From: a virus
Lineage: Duplodnaviria; Heunggongvirae; Uroviricota; Caudoviricetes
Virus record (IMG/VR): IMGVR_UViG_3300032268_000658
DNA length: 64,000 bases
Direction: 5' to 3' (one strand)
The translations under genes and the position numbers were made by a program. Position 1 is the first letter of the stretch; each line of letters opens with the position of its first letter. The notes beneath the pieces are model-generated. The model had not been told where the DNA came from. It did no database searches and saw nothing but the letters and a program-made list of their open reading frames with translations. Positions 9,103 through 18,007 of this stretch are shown one piece after another.

Positions 9103-9417
9103 TTAATAATATATTGAACAATAAGAGGCAACAATAAGTTCATTAGGATATTTTTTCTCAAACCATCTTACAAATATGTTTTCAGTTTCGGAAGCATTCA
9201 TATTGAATAAATGACTAATCGTTATAAATAGGTCTTGACTAACCCCCAAGTTGTGGTCAATAAATTCAAAGATAACTTTTCCTTTGTTAATAAGTTCGAA
9301 GTCTTCCTTGGATGCCATTACGTGGGATGAATTAGCCATGGTAAGGTCCCCCACCGTTTGAGTAATATAGTCGTCAAGAAATTTTAGAAGTCTACTTTCT
9401 TTAATGATATAATCCAT
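9103..9417 (-). CDS. Hypothetical protein (MDYIIKESRLLKFL leader)
   Basis: ORF; IIxE-type N-terminus. Confidence 0.5.
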   Translation of the reverse strand: MDYIIKESRLLKFLDDYITQTVGDLTMANSSHVMASKEDFELINKGKVIFEFIDHNLGVSQDLFITISHLFNMNASETENIFVRWFEKKYPNELIVASYCSIYY

Positions 9418-9467
9418 AATTTATAAATACCAAAAAGGGACCTTTTTTTCCCAAAAATTATTTTACT

Positions 9468-9600
9468 TGATTCAGACTATTATCCCCCCCAAACTGACAT
9501 TATGACACTATGTAAGGGGGGATACGGGGGGAGGGGGGCCCCATAGGGGGGTATGCCCCCATGCCAGAGGGGGGTTCCTGTCACAAAAGTTATCCCCACC
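9468..9600. repeat. Block of G6/C7 homopolymer runs (at least 5 G-runs of 6 or more within ~70 nt, plus C-runs)
   Basis: tatcccccccaaa...taaggggggatacggggggaggggggccccataggggggtatgcccccatgccagaggggggttcc; extreme against a ~30% GC background. Confidence 0.8.
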
Positions 9601-9698
9601 CCCTGTTACATTTGTTAACAATTAGGTGAACTTGTCCACACATAGTGTGGGGATAAGTTTATTTGGCGTTGTCACTTTGTCATGTTGCTAAGTGTGGT

Positions 9699-10139
9699 CT
9701 ACCACTGAGGACCATCAGGGTTAAAGATGTAAGCCCCCACTTGTAGTGAACGACTCTTAGGTAGTCTCATGTCCTCAGGTAAGGCGGGGGAGTTGTGTAT
9801 CTGTCTCAAGGTATTATCGATAGGTTTACTTACCTCACTGTTGGCACGTTCGAATGTGACATCATATATAAGGGATGGAAAGTTACCACTGTAGTATTCA
9901 CCTCTATTAAGTCTACCCATAATCCATGGGTTAAACTCATACCCATAATATTCCCCCATCTTTATGGGGTCCACGATAAGGTCCAAGAAGATAAGGTTAT
10001 ACTTCTCCAACTCAGAGGGTTTAAATGTCACGTCCTTAATCCATGGGTACTCTCTCATCAGGGCACGTTTGGCCACCTTATACTCATAGTTGTTCTCCAA
10101 CTGTTCGGGGGTCATGGGTGATTCGATTACTACGGCCAT
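9699..10139 (-). CDS. Hypothetical protein
   Basis: ORF; GC content visibly higher than the flanking genes. Confidence 0.5.
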   Translation of the reverse strand: MAVVIESPMTPEQLENNYEYKVAKRALMREYPWIKDVTFKPSELEKYNLIFLDLIVDPIKMGEYYGYEFNPWIMGRLNRGEYYSGNFPSLIYDVTFERANSEVSKPIDNTLRQIHNSPALPEDMRLPKSRSLQVGAYIFNPDGPQW

Positions 10140-10243
10140 ATGTGGATAAATAAATTAGGTTATATCATAAATACTTCATACCTTTGTATTGTTGTTTCAC
10201 TTGAGGGTGGCAAAGGGCGCGACTCGTTAATGGGTGGGGGAGA

Positions 10244-10714
10244 GTGGACTCCAACCTGCTTTATATTTTATATAAAGATTTATTTGGTGGAGTCAGAATA
10301 TTGTCGTACCTTTGTAAGATGAAGACATACTTAAAGACCCCGACCTCTGAACTAACTGTTCATCAGATTAGGACCATCGTATGCGAAACAATTAGATGGT
10401 GCGAAACAAACTTGGGGACCAAGTCTAATCGTGTTAACTATTGTGTCCGTACACTTGGGGATAAGTCTGTCCCCGCCTATGGAATGTATGATTATAATAA
10501 GAGGACCATCATGGTGTTCAGGAATTATTCCCCCACCGTGAAGTCCGTGGTCCGAGCTGTCCTCCATGAATATACTCACTACCTACAGAACCTTCGTTGG
10601 TATAATAATGTTCTGTCAAAGGTGGGGTATAATAATCATCCTCAGGAGAAGGAAGCACGTATGGTTGAAAATAGGTACAGTAATTGTTGGAACGATATAA
10701 AAAATAAGATATGA
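10244..10714 (+). CDS. SprT-like zinc-metallopeptidase domain protein (putative); likely start at Met 10319
   Basis: HEYTH (HExxH) embedded in ..VRAVLHEYTHYLQ.. with upstream ..LGDKSVPAYGMYDYNKRTIMVF.. resembling SprT-like domain organisation. Confidence 0.4.
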   Translation: MDSNLLYILYKDLFGGVRILSYLCKMKTYLKTPTSELTVHQIRTIVCETIRWCETNLGTKSNRVNYCVRTLGDKSVPAYGMYDYNKRTIMVFRNYSPTVKSVVRAVLHEYTHYLQNLRWYNNVLSKVGYNNHPQEKEARMVENRYSNCWNDIKNKI

Positions 10715-10762
10715 AAAATTTCCTTAAAGCTCTCTTTGTTGGTTACGTTGTAGTTGGGGTGT

Positions 10763-11110
10763 TTAACGCCTTGACCAAGAAGAAATAAGAGACTGACACT
10801 TAGCCACAATGTCCTTGGGGGTAATGTTATCCCCGCCCACTACATATAGACCCTCTATCTTGGCGTCTACACATGCCCATGCATCCATACCTATGGGTTT
10901 ACGTTGAAACATCTTCTTGGCCTTCTCGAAATACAGGGTCCCTAACTCCACCTCCTCGTTTAGCTTAACGACTATCCTTATTCTGCCCTCTTCTATCTCA
11001 TTTAAATCATATGACAATGTGTCTACTGTATACTCCATGTGTATAAGTATAGTTGGGGAACACAAAAAAATAAAGTTATTCACATTTGTAAATTGTGGAT
11101 AAGTGACCAT
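10763..11110 (-). CDS. Hypothetical protein
   Basis: ORF; its start region overlaps DnaA boxes. Confidence 0.35.
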   Translation of the reverse strand: MVTYPQFTNVNNFIFLCSPTILIHMEYTVDTLSYDLNEIEEGRIRIVVKLNEEVELGTLYFEKAKKMFQRKPIGMDAWACVDAKIEGLYVVGGDNITPKDIVAKCQSLISSWSRR

Positions 11111-11779
11111 GACACTATGACAGGGGGAAAAATAAATGTTAATTGTGGATAAGTTTAGGGGTAAAAATTTGGATTTGTCAAAATGTCAGGGGACTCGCGT
11201 TGATGGGGATAATCCCCTCGACACATATTCACCCCTATTTGTACTAACACTGAATCCCACTTTTTACCACCGTTATGGTTATGTGGATAGTGTAATGACC
11301 AATTTATTCCCCCTGACGACCCCTACAGGACCAGTTTTTTACTATGTGTGAATATTAGCAAAAAAAGGAGTAGTAAGTGAAGAACGCGGGGAAACGAACG
11401 TAGTGAGTGTTATAGGGGTATTTTATCCCCCTTCAACGAGGGAACCGATACACTATATAACCCCCAACGAGGTGGACATTATAGTCCCCTTCATAGTGGA
11501 GACCTGTAGTATGTGGGAAAATGTGGTACCAATATGATTACAAATGTATTACGAAGTACTGTCTGTTTAATCATGTAAACAACCACACTATATATCGTGT
11601 AAATAAATGATATCTAACATTATCGTGGATTACCACGATGTTTCTATATCATTACATAAACGATTACTATACACCACCTCATCTGTCTCCTCGTTAGGTG
11701 GGGACAACATATATAGCGGGGGAATATTTTGTGAATAATACTTATTCGTTATGAATTATAGTTATTATAGGTTAATTTT

Positions 11780-12088
11780 GTGAAATATAGTTATATGGGA
11801 ATTATGAAAAGAATGGTATGGGAATTTCTTAATACAAAGTATAGTGGTGTAATGATATATCATCAGTTGTTTAACCTATCGGATAAACTCATGGAGAAGT
11901 TCATCACTGATAGAGGTAATGGTATTATAGAGTTCTCACGTTTTCATCATGGTAAGGATGTTAGGACTCGTGTGAATAGTTTTCTTAGAGTAGACATTAA
12001 GAAGTACTTCGATATTCACGACATTGATATTGAGATGTATGTTCTTGAATGGTGCCGTAATAAGAGTACTAAGGTTGTTGAGATGTAG
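11780..12088 (+). CDS. Hypothetical protein
   Basis: ORF. Confidence 0.4.
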   Translation: MKYSYMGIMKRMVWEFLNTKYSGVMIYHQLFNLSDKLMEKFITDRGNGIIEFSRFHHGKDVRTRVNSFLRVDIKKYFDIHDIDIEMYVLEWCRNKSTKVVEM

Positions 12089-12190
12089 ATTTCCCCCGTC
12101 ATGATGAATTTAGAGGATGTTCCCGACATGAATGTCGGAGACATGGTGAATGAGTAGACATGTTAAGGATTATTCTATATTTATACTATT

Positions 12191-12457
12191 ATGGACAACA
12201 CATACATTGCACTTAAAAAGATTCTTAGTATGATGGTACCTGAGAAGTATCCTATGGTTTCGGATATTAAGGTAATTGATGATTCATACGAATATCATAA
12301 TAGTACGAAGTATAACATATATTTGGGAGTTACTCCTGATGAGTTAGAAACATTGAGAAATTCAGATGTTCGTGATTATGTTGAAGACGTGTCACGTTAT
12401 GTTTTAAATGGTAATGAAACTTTACGGATTATTTTCTATAACCCCGAACATTGGTAA
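12191..12457 (+). CDS. Hypothetical protein
   Basis: ORF. Confidence 0.4.
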   Translation: MDNTYIALKKILSMMVPEKYPMVSDIKVIDDSYEYHNSTKYNIYLGVTPDELETLRNSDVRDYVEDVSRYVLNGNETLRIIFYNPEHW

Positions 12458-12608
12458 TAATGTGTCTTATGCAACACATGTTACCGATGCGGTTATCCCG
12501 TATAAGACACGTTATGAATATCCGTATTTATCCGCATATATACGATTGTGTATTCGTAAAGGTATATCTTTACCAAACTCGAGTTTAGTAAAGGTATTAC
12601 TTTACACA

Positions 12609-13046
12609 TTACTTATCTTTGTTATGTAGTTTTGTAATAAAGTCTTGAAACTGTGGTTGTGATATAAAATCTTTAATATCTTTCTTTACTGTATCTCTCT
12701 TACAGAATCTATTAAAAAAGTAATCGGGTATGTTCTCACTTTCTTCTTGGTATGAATTAAAGGAATAGTCTTCAGGTGTTAGTGTTTCTTCTATATCTAA
12801 CCATTGTTGTTCTCTTTTATTAACATCATCTATGGTATGGAAACCTTCTGAATCTAAATAATAATCCCCTATCTTTATGTATGCGTGAATTAAAACATCA
12901 TCTATTATCTCCTCCTCGTCATCGAGTCTCTCTGCAAGGATTAAGTAATAGTTAATAAGGAAATCGTTTGGGACCAATTTTCTTATTTCATCTATAATGA
13001 TGTTCGCAAAATAGTGACAATACCCCTGTTGATAATCGTAGTTCAT
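12609..13046 (-). CDS. Hypothetical protein
   Basis: ORF. Confidence 0.45.
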   Translation of the reverse strand: MNYDYQQGYCHYFANIIIDEIRKLVPNDFLINYYLILAERLDDEEEIIDDVLIHAYIKIGDYYLDSEGFHTIDDVNKREQQWLDIEETLTPEDYSFNSYQEESENIPDYFFNRFCKRDTVKKDIKDFISQPQFQDFITKLHNKDK

Positions 13047-13154
13047 ATGTATAAATAGTTAGTAGGTAAGATTATACGATTAATGAATGAAGTGAGGGAC
13101 ATCCACGGAACGATAGTGTAGTGGATTGTATTTGTCCCGAACTGAGTGAATTAA

Positions 13155-13466
13155 TTGGATAATCTGATTATATACATTATCTTTGTTATTGTGAAAAAAC
13201 TTGTGTACATATTCCTTAATACAAAATACCCTAACGCTTTTGTTAAGAGGACTGTCTTTGGGGACGCATGTTACCATAATGATTACTTTGTAGGTTCTAA
13301 AGAATTATATCAGGAAATTAGTGATTGGTTTGATATAAGTAAGGATGATGCTAAAAGATATGTGAACGCGTGGTATTCTACATTACCTATGGTTGTTAGT
13401 CTACGTAGTTCTACTAACCCCGCCGTTCTTGTTTCCGAGACTACTGTTGTTAATTCTACTCTGTAG
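13155..13466 (+). CDS. Hypothetical protein
   Basis: ORF. Confidence 0.4.
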   Translation: MDNLIIYIIFVIVKKLVYIFLNTKYPNAFVKRTVFGDACYHNDYFVGSKELYQEISDWFDISKDDAKRYVNAWYSTLPMVVSLRSSTNPAVLVSETTVVNSTL

Positions 13467-13478
13467 TATTTATATCAT

Positions 13479-13928
13479 ATGGAAGTAATCATCACAGAAT
13501 CTAAGCTCACTAAAGTTATTTATACATACCTTACAATGTCTTTCGAAGGATTTGATAAATGTAGTTATGATTGGGCCAACTTTAATTGTGGTATGGGCGT
13601 TTGTTGTGACCCCTACGCTATAGGATTTGTTCTACCTGAAAGTGAATATGATGATTATCTATTTAAGTTAGTTAATGGTAAACTGTATGATGACGATAGT
13701 GATTATGGCGAAGACCTTAAAGGTGATTTACCTGAGCCTTGTAATTATTCACCTGATATAACTGATAGGGAGTTTGATACCATTATAATGGGTGAAGACA
13801 TATACGAAAGACTTCATGATTTATTTGGTGATATTGATATTTGGAGACAGCCTTTGGCATCCGTCATAAATAAAGTGTTTAATACGAACGCTCATACTCT
13901 GTTATACCGATACGAGACTTATAATTAA
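13479..13928 (+). CDS. Hypothetical Cys-rich protein (MEVIITESKLTKVI leader)
   Basis: ORF; IITE N-terminus. Confidence 0.5.
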   Translation: MEVIITESKLTKVIYTYLTMSFEGFDKCSYDWANFNCGMGVCCDPYAIGFVLPESEYDDYLFKLVNGKLYDDDSDYGEDLKGDLPEPCNYSPDITDREFDTIIMGEDIYERLHDLFGDIDIWRQPLASVINKVFNTNAHTLLYRYETYN

Positions 13929-13941
13929 CGTATTTATCATT

Positions 13942-14262
13942 ATGAAGTATATTATCACAGAAGACCAATATGAAAGAGTCATTAATCAGAAATCTCTTTC
14001 TTGGATTAAGAGAAGAATTAATTTGGTTAAAGAAGAATTGAAGGAGACCTTTGAACTTATGGAGTTTGATATTTGTCGAATAGATGATTATGAAAAGTTT
14101 GAACAGAAATTCTTCACTGTGTTAATGGATGGCCTTCATCCTTATTTCTATGATGACGAGAATATTGGTAATATCGAATACGATGGAATGTATGACTTAT
14201 TGAAGGATTACTTTTATGTTGATTGCACCGAGTTTTATTTTGCTGGTCGTGAGAAGTGCTAA
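13942..14262 (+). CDS. Hypothetical protein (MKYIITEDQYERVI leader)
   Basis: ORF; IITE N-terminus. Confidence 0.5.
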   Translation: MKYIITEDQYERVINQKSLSWIKRRINLVKEELKETFELMEFDICRIDDYEKFEQKFFTVLMDGLHPYFYDDENIGNIEYDGMYDLLKDYFYVDCTEFYFAGREKC

Positions 14263-14354
14263 TCTGTCGTTGTGTGGCTGGTGTTAATCCCCAACCCCTT
14301 TTTTCATAATAATATCTTAATATTGCCAAGTATAGGTGTTTTCTATTTATCTGT

Positions 14355-15053
14355 ATGGTTAAAGATTTTCTTACTGTGGTAATACCCACCAAAAATGAGA
14401 GTGAACTTATTGATGTTACTCTTGGTTATTTAAACAAACAACACTATATAAACGGAACCAAAGTTATTATCTGTGATTCTTCTGACGATGATACTATTGA
14501 GATTGCTTTATCAGGTAAATACAAGAACTTAGACATCACCGTTATTGATGGTGGTCTTCCAAGTATTGCAAGGAATAATGGTGCTGCCTTATGTAATACC
14601 CCATATGTTTTATTCTTGGATGCTGATATGTTTCTTGTTGACATGAATACTCTCGATGATGTGATTAACTATATGAACGAGAGCAGAAAACATTTATTAA
14701 CTTGTAGGTTCAGATGTAGAGGTAAGTATTCATTTATCTTTCCCATCTTTGAATTCTTTAGAGATATTACCATTTGGAGTGCTCCGTGTGCCATTGGTGG
14801 ATTCATGCTCTTTGACATATTGGAATTTAATAAACTTGGTGGATTTGTTAATGAAGACAAATTTGCTGAAGACTTTCATTTGAGTATGAAAATATCTCCT
14901 GATAAGTTTCATGTATCAAAACATAAGATATATACAACAGATAGACGATTTAAAAAGAAAGGATTACTCTACATGATGAAGATGTCTTTCCTATCTTATA
15001 TCAATAAAAACAACCCCGAATTTTTTAAGAATGACCACAACTACTGGGTATAG
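14355..15053 (+). CDS. Family 2 glycosyltransferase (GT-A fold)
   Basis: VVIPTKNE..., DSSDD, ARNNGA and FLDADM match the GT2 N-terminal signature. Confidence 0.7.
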   Translation: MVKDFLTVVIPTKNESELIDVTLGYLNKQHYINGTKVIICDSSDDDTIEIALSGKYKNLDITVIDGGLPSIARNNGAALCNTPYVLFLDADMFLVDMNTLDDVINYMNESRKHLLTCRFRCRGKYSFIFPIFEFFRDITIWSAPCAIGGFMLFDILEFNKLGGFVNEDKFAEDFHLSMKISPDKFHVSKHKIYTTDRRFKKKGLLYMMKMSFLSYINKNNPEFFKNDHNYWV

Positions 15054-15786
15054 AACGGTTATAATGTCGGACCTTCATTTGGGAATGAAGGACTGCAAAC
15101 CAATCAAGATATTGGAATTTCTTGATTCTATGAGGACAGACCTTCTAATATTAAATGGTGACATCATTGACTTTGATGCCCTTAGACGCGGAAGCAAGTG
15201 GAAAAATAAACATACAAAAGTTATTACCAAGATATTGGATATATCTCGTCATGTTCCCGTGATTTATATTCGTGGGAATCATGACGATGATATTCGTGAA
15301 TTCTTTGGAATGGAAATTGGAAACATACAATTCGTAGATGAATATGTTATTGAAACTGACGAATGGATTGAAAACGATGTCTTCAAACATAGACGATTTC
15401 TTATATTTCATGGCGACCAAATTGATGCTATTACATCCAAGTTTAAGTTACTTGCTCAGATTGGTTCAATGGGTTATGACCTGGCTTTAAGACTGAATAC
15501 AATCTATAACAAATACAGAGAGTGGAGAAAACTCCCATACTATAGTATATCAAAAAAAATTAAGGAAAACTTTAAGAAGGCGTGGACCTTTATCAATAAC
15601 TTTGAGGAGAACGCTATTAAGTACGGTAAACTAAAATCATGTGATGGTGTTATATGTGGACATATCCATATCCCTGTGATGAAAGATATTCATGGATTGA
15701 AATATTATAACTCAGGTGATTGGGTTGAGAACTTTACCGCAATTGTTATTACAAAAGATTATAAGTTTGAACTTATACAAATGTAA
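15031..15786 (+). CDS. Calcineurin-like metallophosphoesterase, LpxH-like
   Basis: SDLHLG, LNGDIIDF, GNHDDD, FHGDQID, CGHIHIP and GDW follow the order of LpxH-family motifs (DLHL / GD / GNRD / HGD / GHTH). Confidence 0.55.
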   Translation: MTTTTGYRTVIMSDLHLGMKDCKPIKILEFLDSMRTDLLILNGDIIDFDALRRGSKWKNKHTKVITKILDISRHVPVIYIRGNHDDDIREFFGMEIGNIQFVDEYVIETDEWIENDVFKHRRFLIFHGDQIDAITSKFKLLAQIGSMGYDLALRLNTIYNKYREWRKLPYYSISKKIKENFKKAWTFINNFEENAIKYGKLKSCDGVICGHIHIPVMKDIHGLKYYNSGDWVENFTAIVITKDYKFELIQM

Positions 15787-15787
15787 A

Positions 15788-15814
15788 ACCCCCACCGTTG
15801 GGTGAGGTTTTAAA
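15788..15814 (+). terminator. Intrinsic terminator (plus strand)
   Basis: aacccccacc-gttg-ggtgaggtttt after the stop of the 15031..15786 gene. Confidence 0.45.
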
Positions 15815-15831
15815 TAAATAAGACTTATATA

Positions 15832-16173
15832 TTACAATAAGTTTCTAAGAATGTGTCCTAAGATTGCAGCAACTGCAATAATTGCAGGGAATTCTTTTTT
15901 GTCACCACCCATTAAAGATATGTGAAGAACCACAGCCGCACTCATGAAACAAGAAATTAAAAATACGCCATAAAGAGATGTTGCAGGGATTACAAGTAAT
16001 GCCGCGCCAAATAATTCACCTATGCCAGTTAGAACTCTATATTTTTCTAATTTCATGTAAGCAAAGTTACCTACCATTTCTTGTGTACCACGAATCTTGT
16101 CAAATGCACCTTTCGCTAAAAATAATGCCGTTAGTACAGATAGTACCCATCCAATAATTGTTAAAATACTCAT
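15832..16173 (-). CDS. DoxX-like small integral membrane protein
   Basis: 113 aa with four hydrophobic helices and the size and topology typical of DoxX. Confidence 0.5.
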   Translation of the reverse strand: MSILTIIGWVLSVLTALFLAKGAFDKIRGTQEMVGNFAYMKLEKYRVLTGIGELFGAALLVIPATSLYGVFLISCFMSAAVVLHISLMGGDKKEFPAIIAVAAILGHILRNLL

Positions 16174-16230
16174 GTTGTTGTTTTTTTTTTAATTATAACC
16201 AAAGTTTATGTGAAAGTAAAATTGAATGTG

Positions 16231-16839
16231 TTATTTCTTACTCTTAACATCACTCATTAATCTCACAGGAATAATTGTTCCCACAGGATATGTTGCTCCT
16301 ACAGGTGCTTGTGTTACAGATGTTTGACCTGGATGTGCTCTTAATGCCTTTCTCATTGGGAATGCCAATTCATTAAGTGGACCATAACATTCTGCAATGG
16401 TTACACCGTTAACTTTATTTGGTAATACCTTACAAGGCATACACCACATATTACTCATTCCACCTTCAGGTCCTCTTGAGATAACAAATGTTCTATTTAC
16501 CGTTGGTAAATTATCCCATGTTGGAGCTTGAGGAACACTATCATAATACCAAAAATAAGACCATACAGTCTTGTCGGTACCATCAGGTGTAATTGAAGGA
16601 TTAGGAACCAAGATTGTATTTGCAACTGAAGGACCATCCATTACAGGACAAGCAGCAACTCCTTCTAAAAACTTTCTACCTTCTACGGTAATTATTTTTC
16701 CTGTTGGTTTAGCCGATGATGCTCCGCAGAAAGCAAACTTTCCTACAACAATTGTTAATGCTCTTTCTTTGTTGATTTTTTGAGTGAACGCTGTTGTTGT
16801 TAAACTCAACACCGCCAACACTAATAATAATTTTTTCAT
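16231..16839 (-). CDS. Secreted protein with a Bacteroidetes-type signal peptide
   Basis: MKKLLLVLAVLSLTTTAFTQ, then a Cys-containing soluble domain. Confidence 0.55.
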   Translation of the reverse strand: MKKLLLVLAVLSLTTTAFTQKINKERALTIVVGKFAFCGASSAKPTGKIITVEGRKFLEGVAACPVMDGPSVANTILVPNPSITPDGTDKTVWSYFWYYDSVPQAPTWDNLPTVNRTFVISRGPEGGMSNMWCMPCKVLPNKVNGVTIAECYGPLNELAFPMRKALRAHPGQTSVTQAPVGATYPVGTIIPVRLMSDVKSKK

Positions 16840-16863
16840 AGTTTTGTTTTGTTATAAATAGGG

Positions 16864-17661
16864 TTATAGATTAAATTTGTTTCCTATGGATATGTTATTC
16901 ATCAACCCAAACTTTGGATTGGTATTAATGTTTCCTCTGTATGCCAATTGTATAATAAATCTCTTTGATATTTTATATCCTAATGATGTCCCAACTAATG
17001 CATTAAACGTTGGGTCAAATTCAAAACCAATCCATCTCTCAGCACCTAAAAATGTAACTGAGTTTTTACCCATATCAAAGTATGGATTTGAATAACTAAG
17101 TAATAAGTCTGGTGTTATTGTAAATTTCCCCACGTTGTATGCTCTATTGATAAAGAACATTACTGAAGGTGCCACAACATGCATTTGTGGTAATGAATCT
17201 GACTTTACAACTTTATTAAAAGATGAAGATAAATTAATACCAAATCCTTTACTCCATTTTCCTTTGTATAATTTTACATAAGTTAATGTTGTTGTCTTAC
17301 TTTTAGCCAATTCAACATAAGAGAGAAATAAATTATTGTTACCTTTAGATACAAATCCTGATAATCCCACCTGAGAACCGTCTGTTGTAAAGAAACCATT
17401 TCCACCATAAGAATAAACACCATTAAGTGATGTTCTACCTCCACCTAAAGAAATAGCTTGTAACCATCCACCAACATATGTTGGCTTCTGTAAGAACACA
17501 AAATCAGATGATGTTAAGAATGCATTTGTTTTAACCACAGAACCTTTCTGGCTTGGTGGTGGTTGTAAATTGTTTACTTGCATTTGCATTTCCCTGTTCT
17601 TTGAATCCTGAGAGAATACAATCATTGGTGAGAGTAATAAGATTAGTAATAATTTTTTCAT
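16864..17661 (-). CDS. Putative outer-membrane beta-barrel protein
   Basis: Signal peptide MKKLLLILLLSPMIVFSQ; alternating hydrophobic beta-strand pattern; C-terminal ..GNKFNL. Confidence 0.45.
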   Translation of the reverse strand: MKKLLLILLLSPMIVFSQDSKNREMQMQVNNLQPPPSQKGSVVKTNAFLTSSDFVFLQKPTYVGGWLQAISLGGGRTSLNGVYSYGGNGFFTTDGSQVGLSGFVSKGNNNLFLSYVELAKSKTTTLTYVKLYKGKWSKGFGINLSSSFNKVVKSDSLPQMHVVAPSVMFFINRAYNVGKFTITPDLLLSYSNPYFDMGKNSVTFLGAERWIGFEFDPTFNALVGTSLGYKISKRFIIQLAYRGNINTNPKFGLMNNISIGNKFNL

Positions 17662-17665
17662 AACT

Positions 17666-18007
17666 TTGTTTTATAATAAGTATTTATTAATTATGAAGTA
17701 TGTTCTTAGTCCTACACAGATTGATAAAATATTGAAAACTTTTTGGGACCAACACTTTGATGGTGCTATAGTTGGCAAGATTAATTTGTCGGGCGAGAAG
17801 TGGTCAGGTGTAATTAAAGATGGTGATGAGGGACCTCTGTTATTAATCGGACGACCTGTGGGTAGAGAAGATATGATGTGGTACTCGAACGGCCAATATT
17901 TTAAAGGTAAATGGGACTTATTTAGTATGTCCACTTATGATTTTAATAAGTCATTGGCTAGGTATGTTAATACTAACTATGGTCTTAATGTAACGGATAT
18001 TATTTAA
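17666..18007 (+). CDS. Hypothetical protein
   Basis: ORF. Confidence 0.45.
   Translation: MFYNKYLLIMKYVLSPTQIDKILKTFWDQHFDGAIVGKINLSGEKWSGVIKDGDEGPLLLIGRPVGREDMMWYSNGQYFKGKWDLFSMSTYDFNKSLARYVNTNYGLNVTDII

Larger units (their letters stand above)
9590..11291. promoter_or_regulatory. DnaA-box cluster with iteron-like repeats (candidate replication origin or DnaA-binding regulatory region)
   Basis: Perfect TGTGGATAA (rc TTATCCACA) at 10141-10149, 11094-11102 and 11144-11152. One-mismatch boxes at 9590-9598, 9632-9640 and 11283-11291. Repeated attgtggataagt and atgacactatg+G-run motifs. Confidence 0.5.

Noticed and set aside
11136-11351. 71-aa plus-strand ORF across the DnaA-box and iteron region
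   Set aside because: The sequence is dominated by regulatory repeats, and the translation has no hydrophobic core or leader. Probably not coding, though this is low-confidence.
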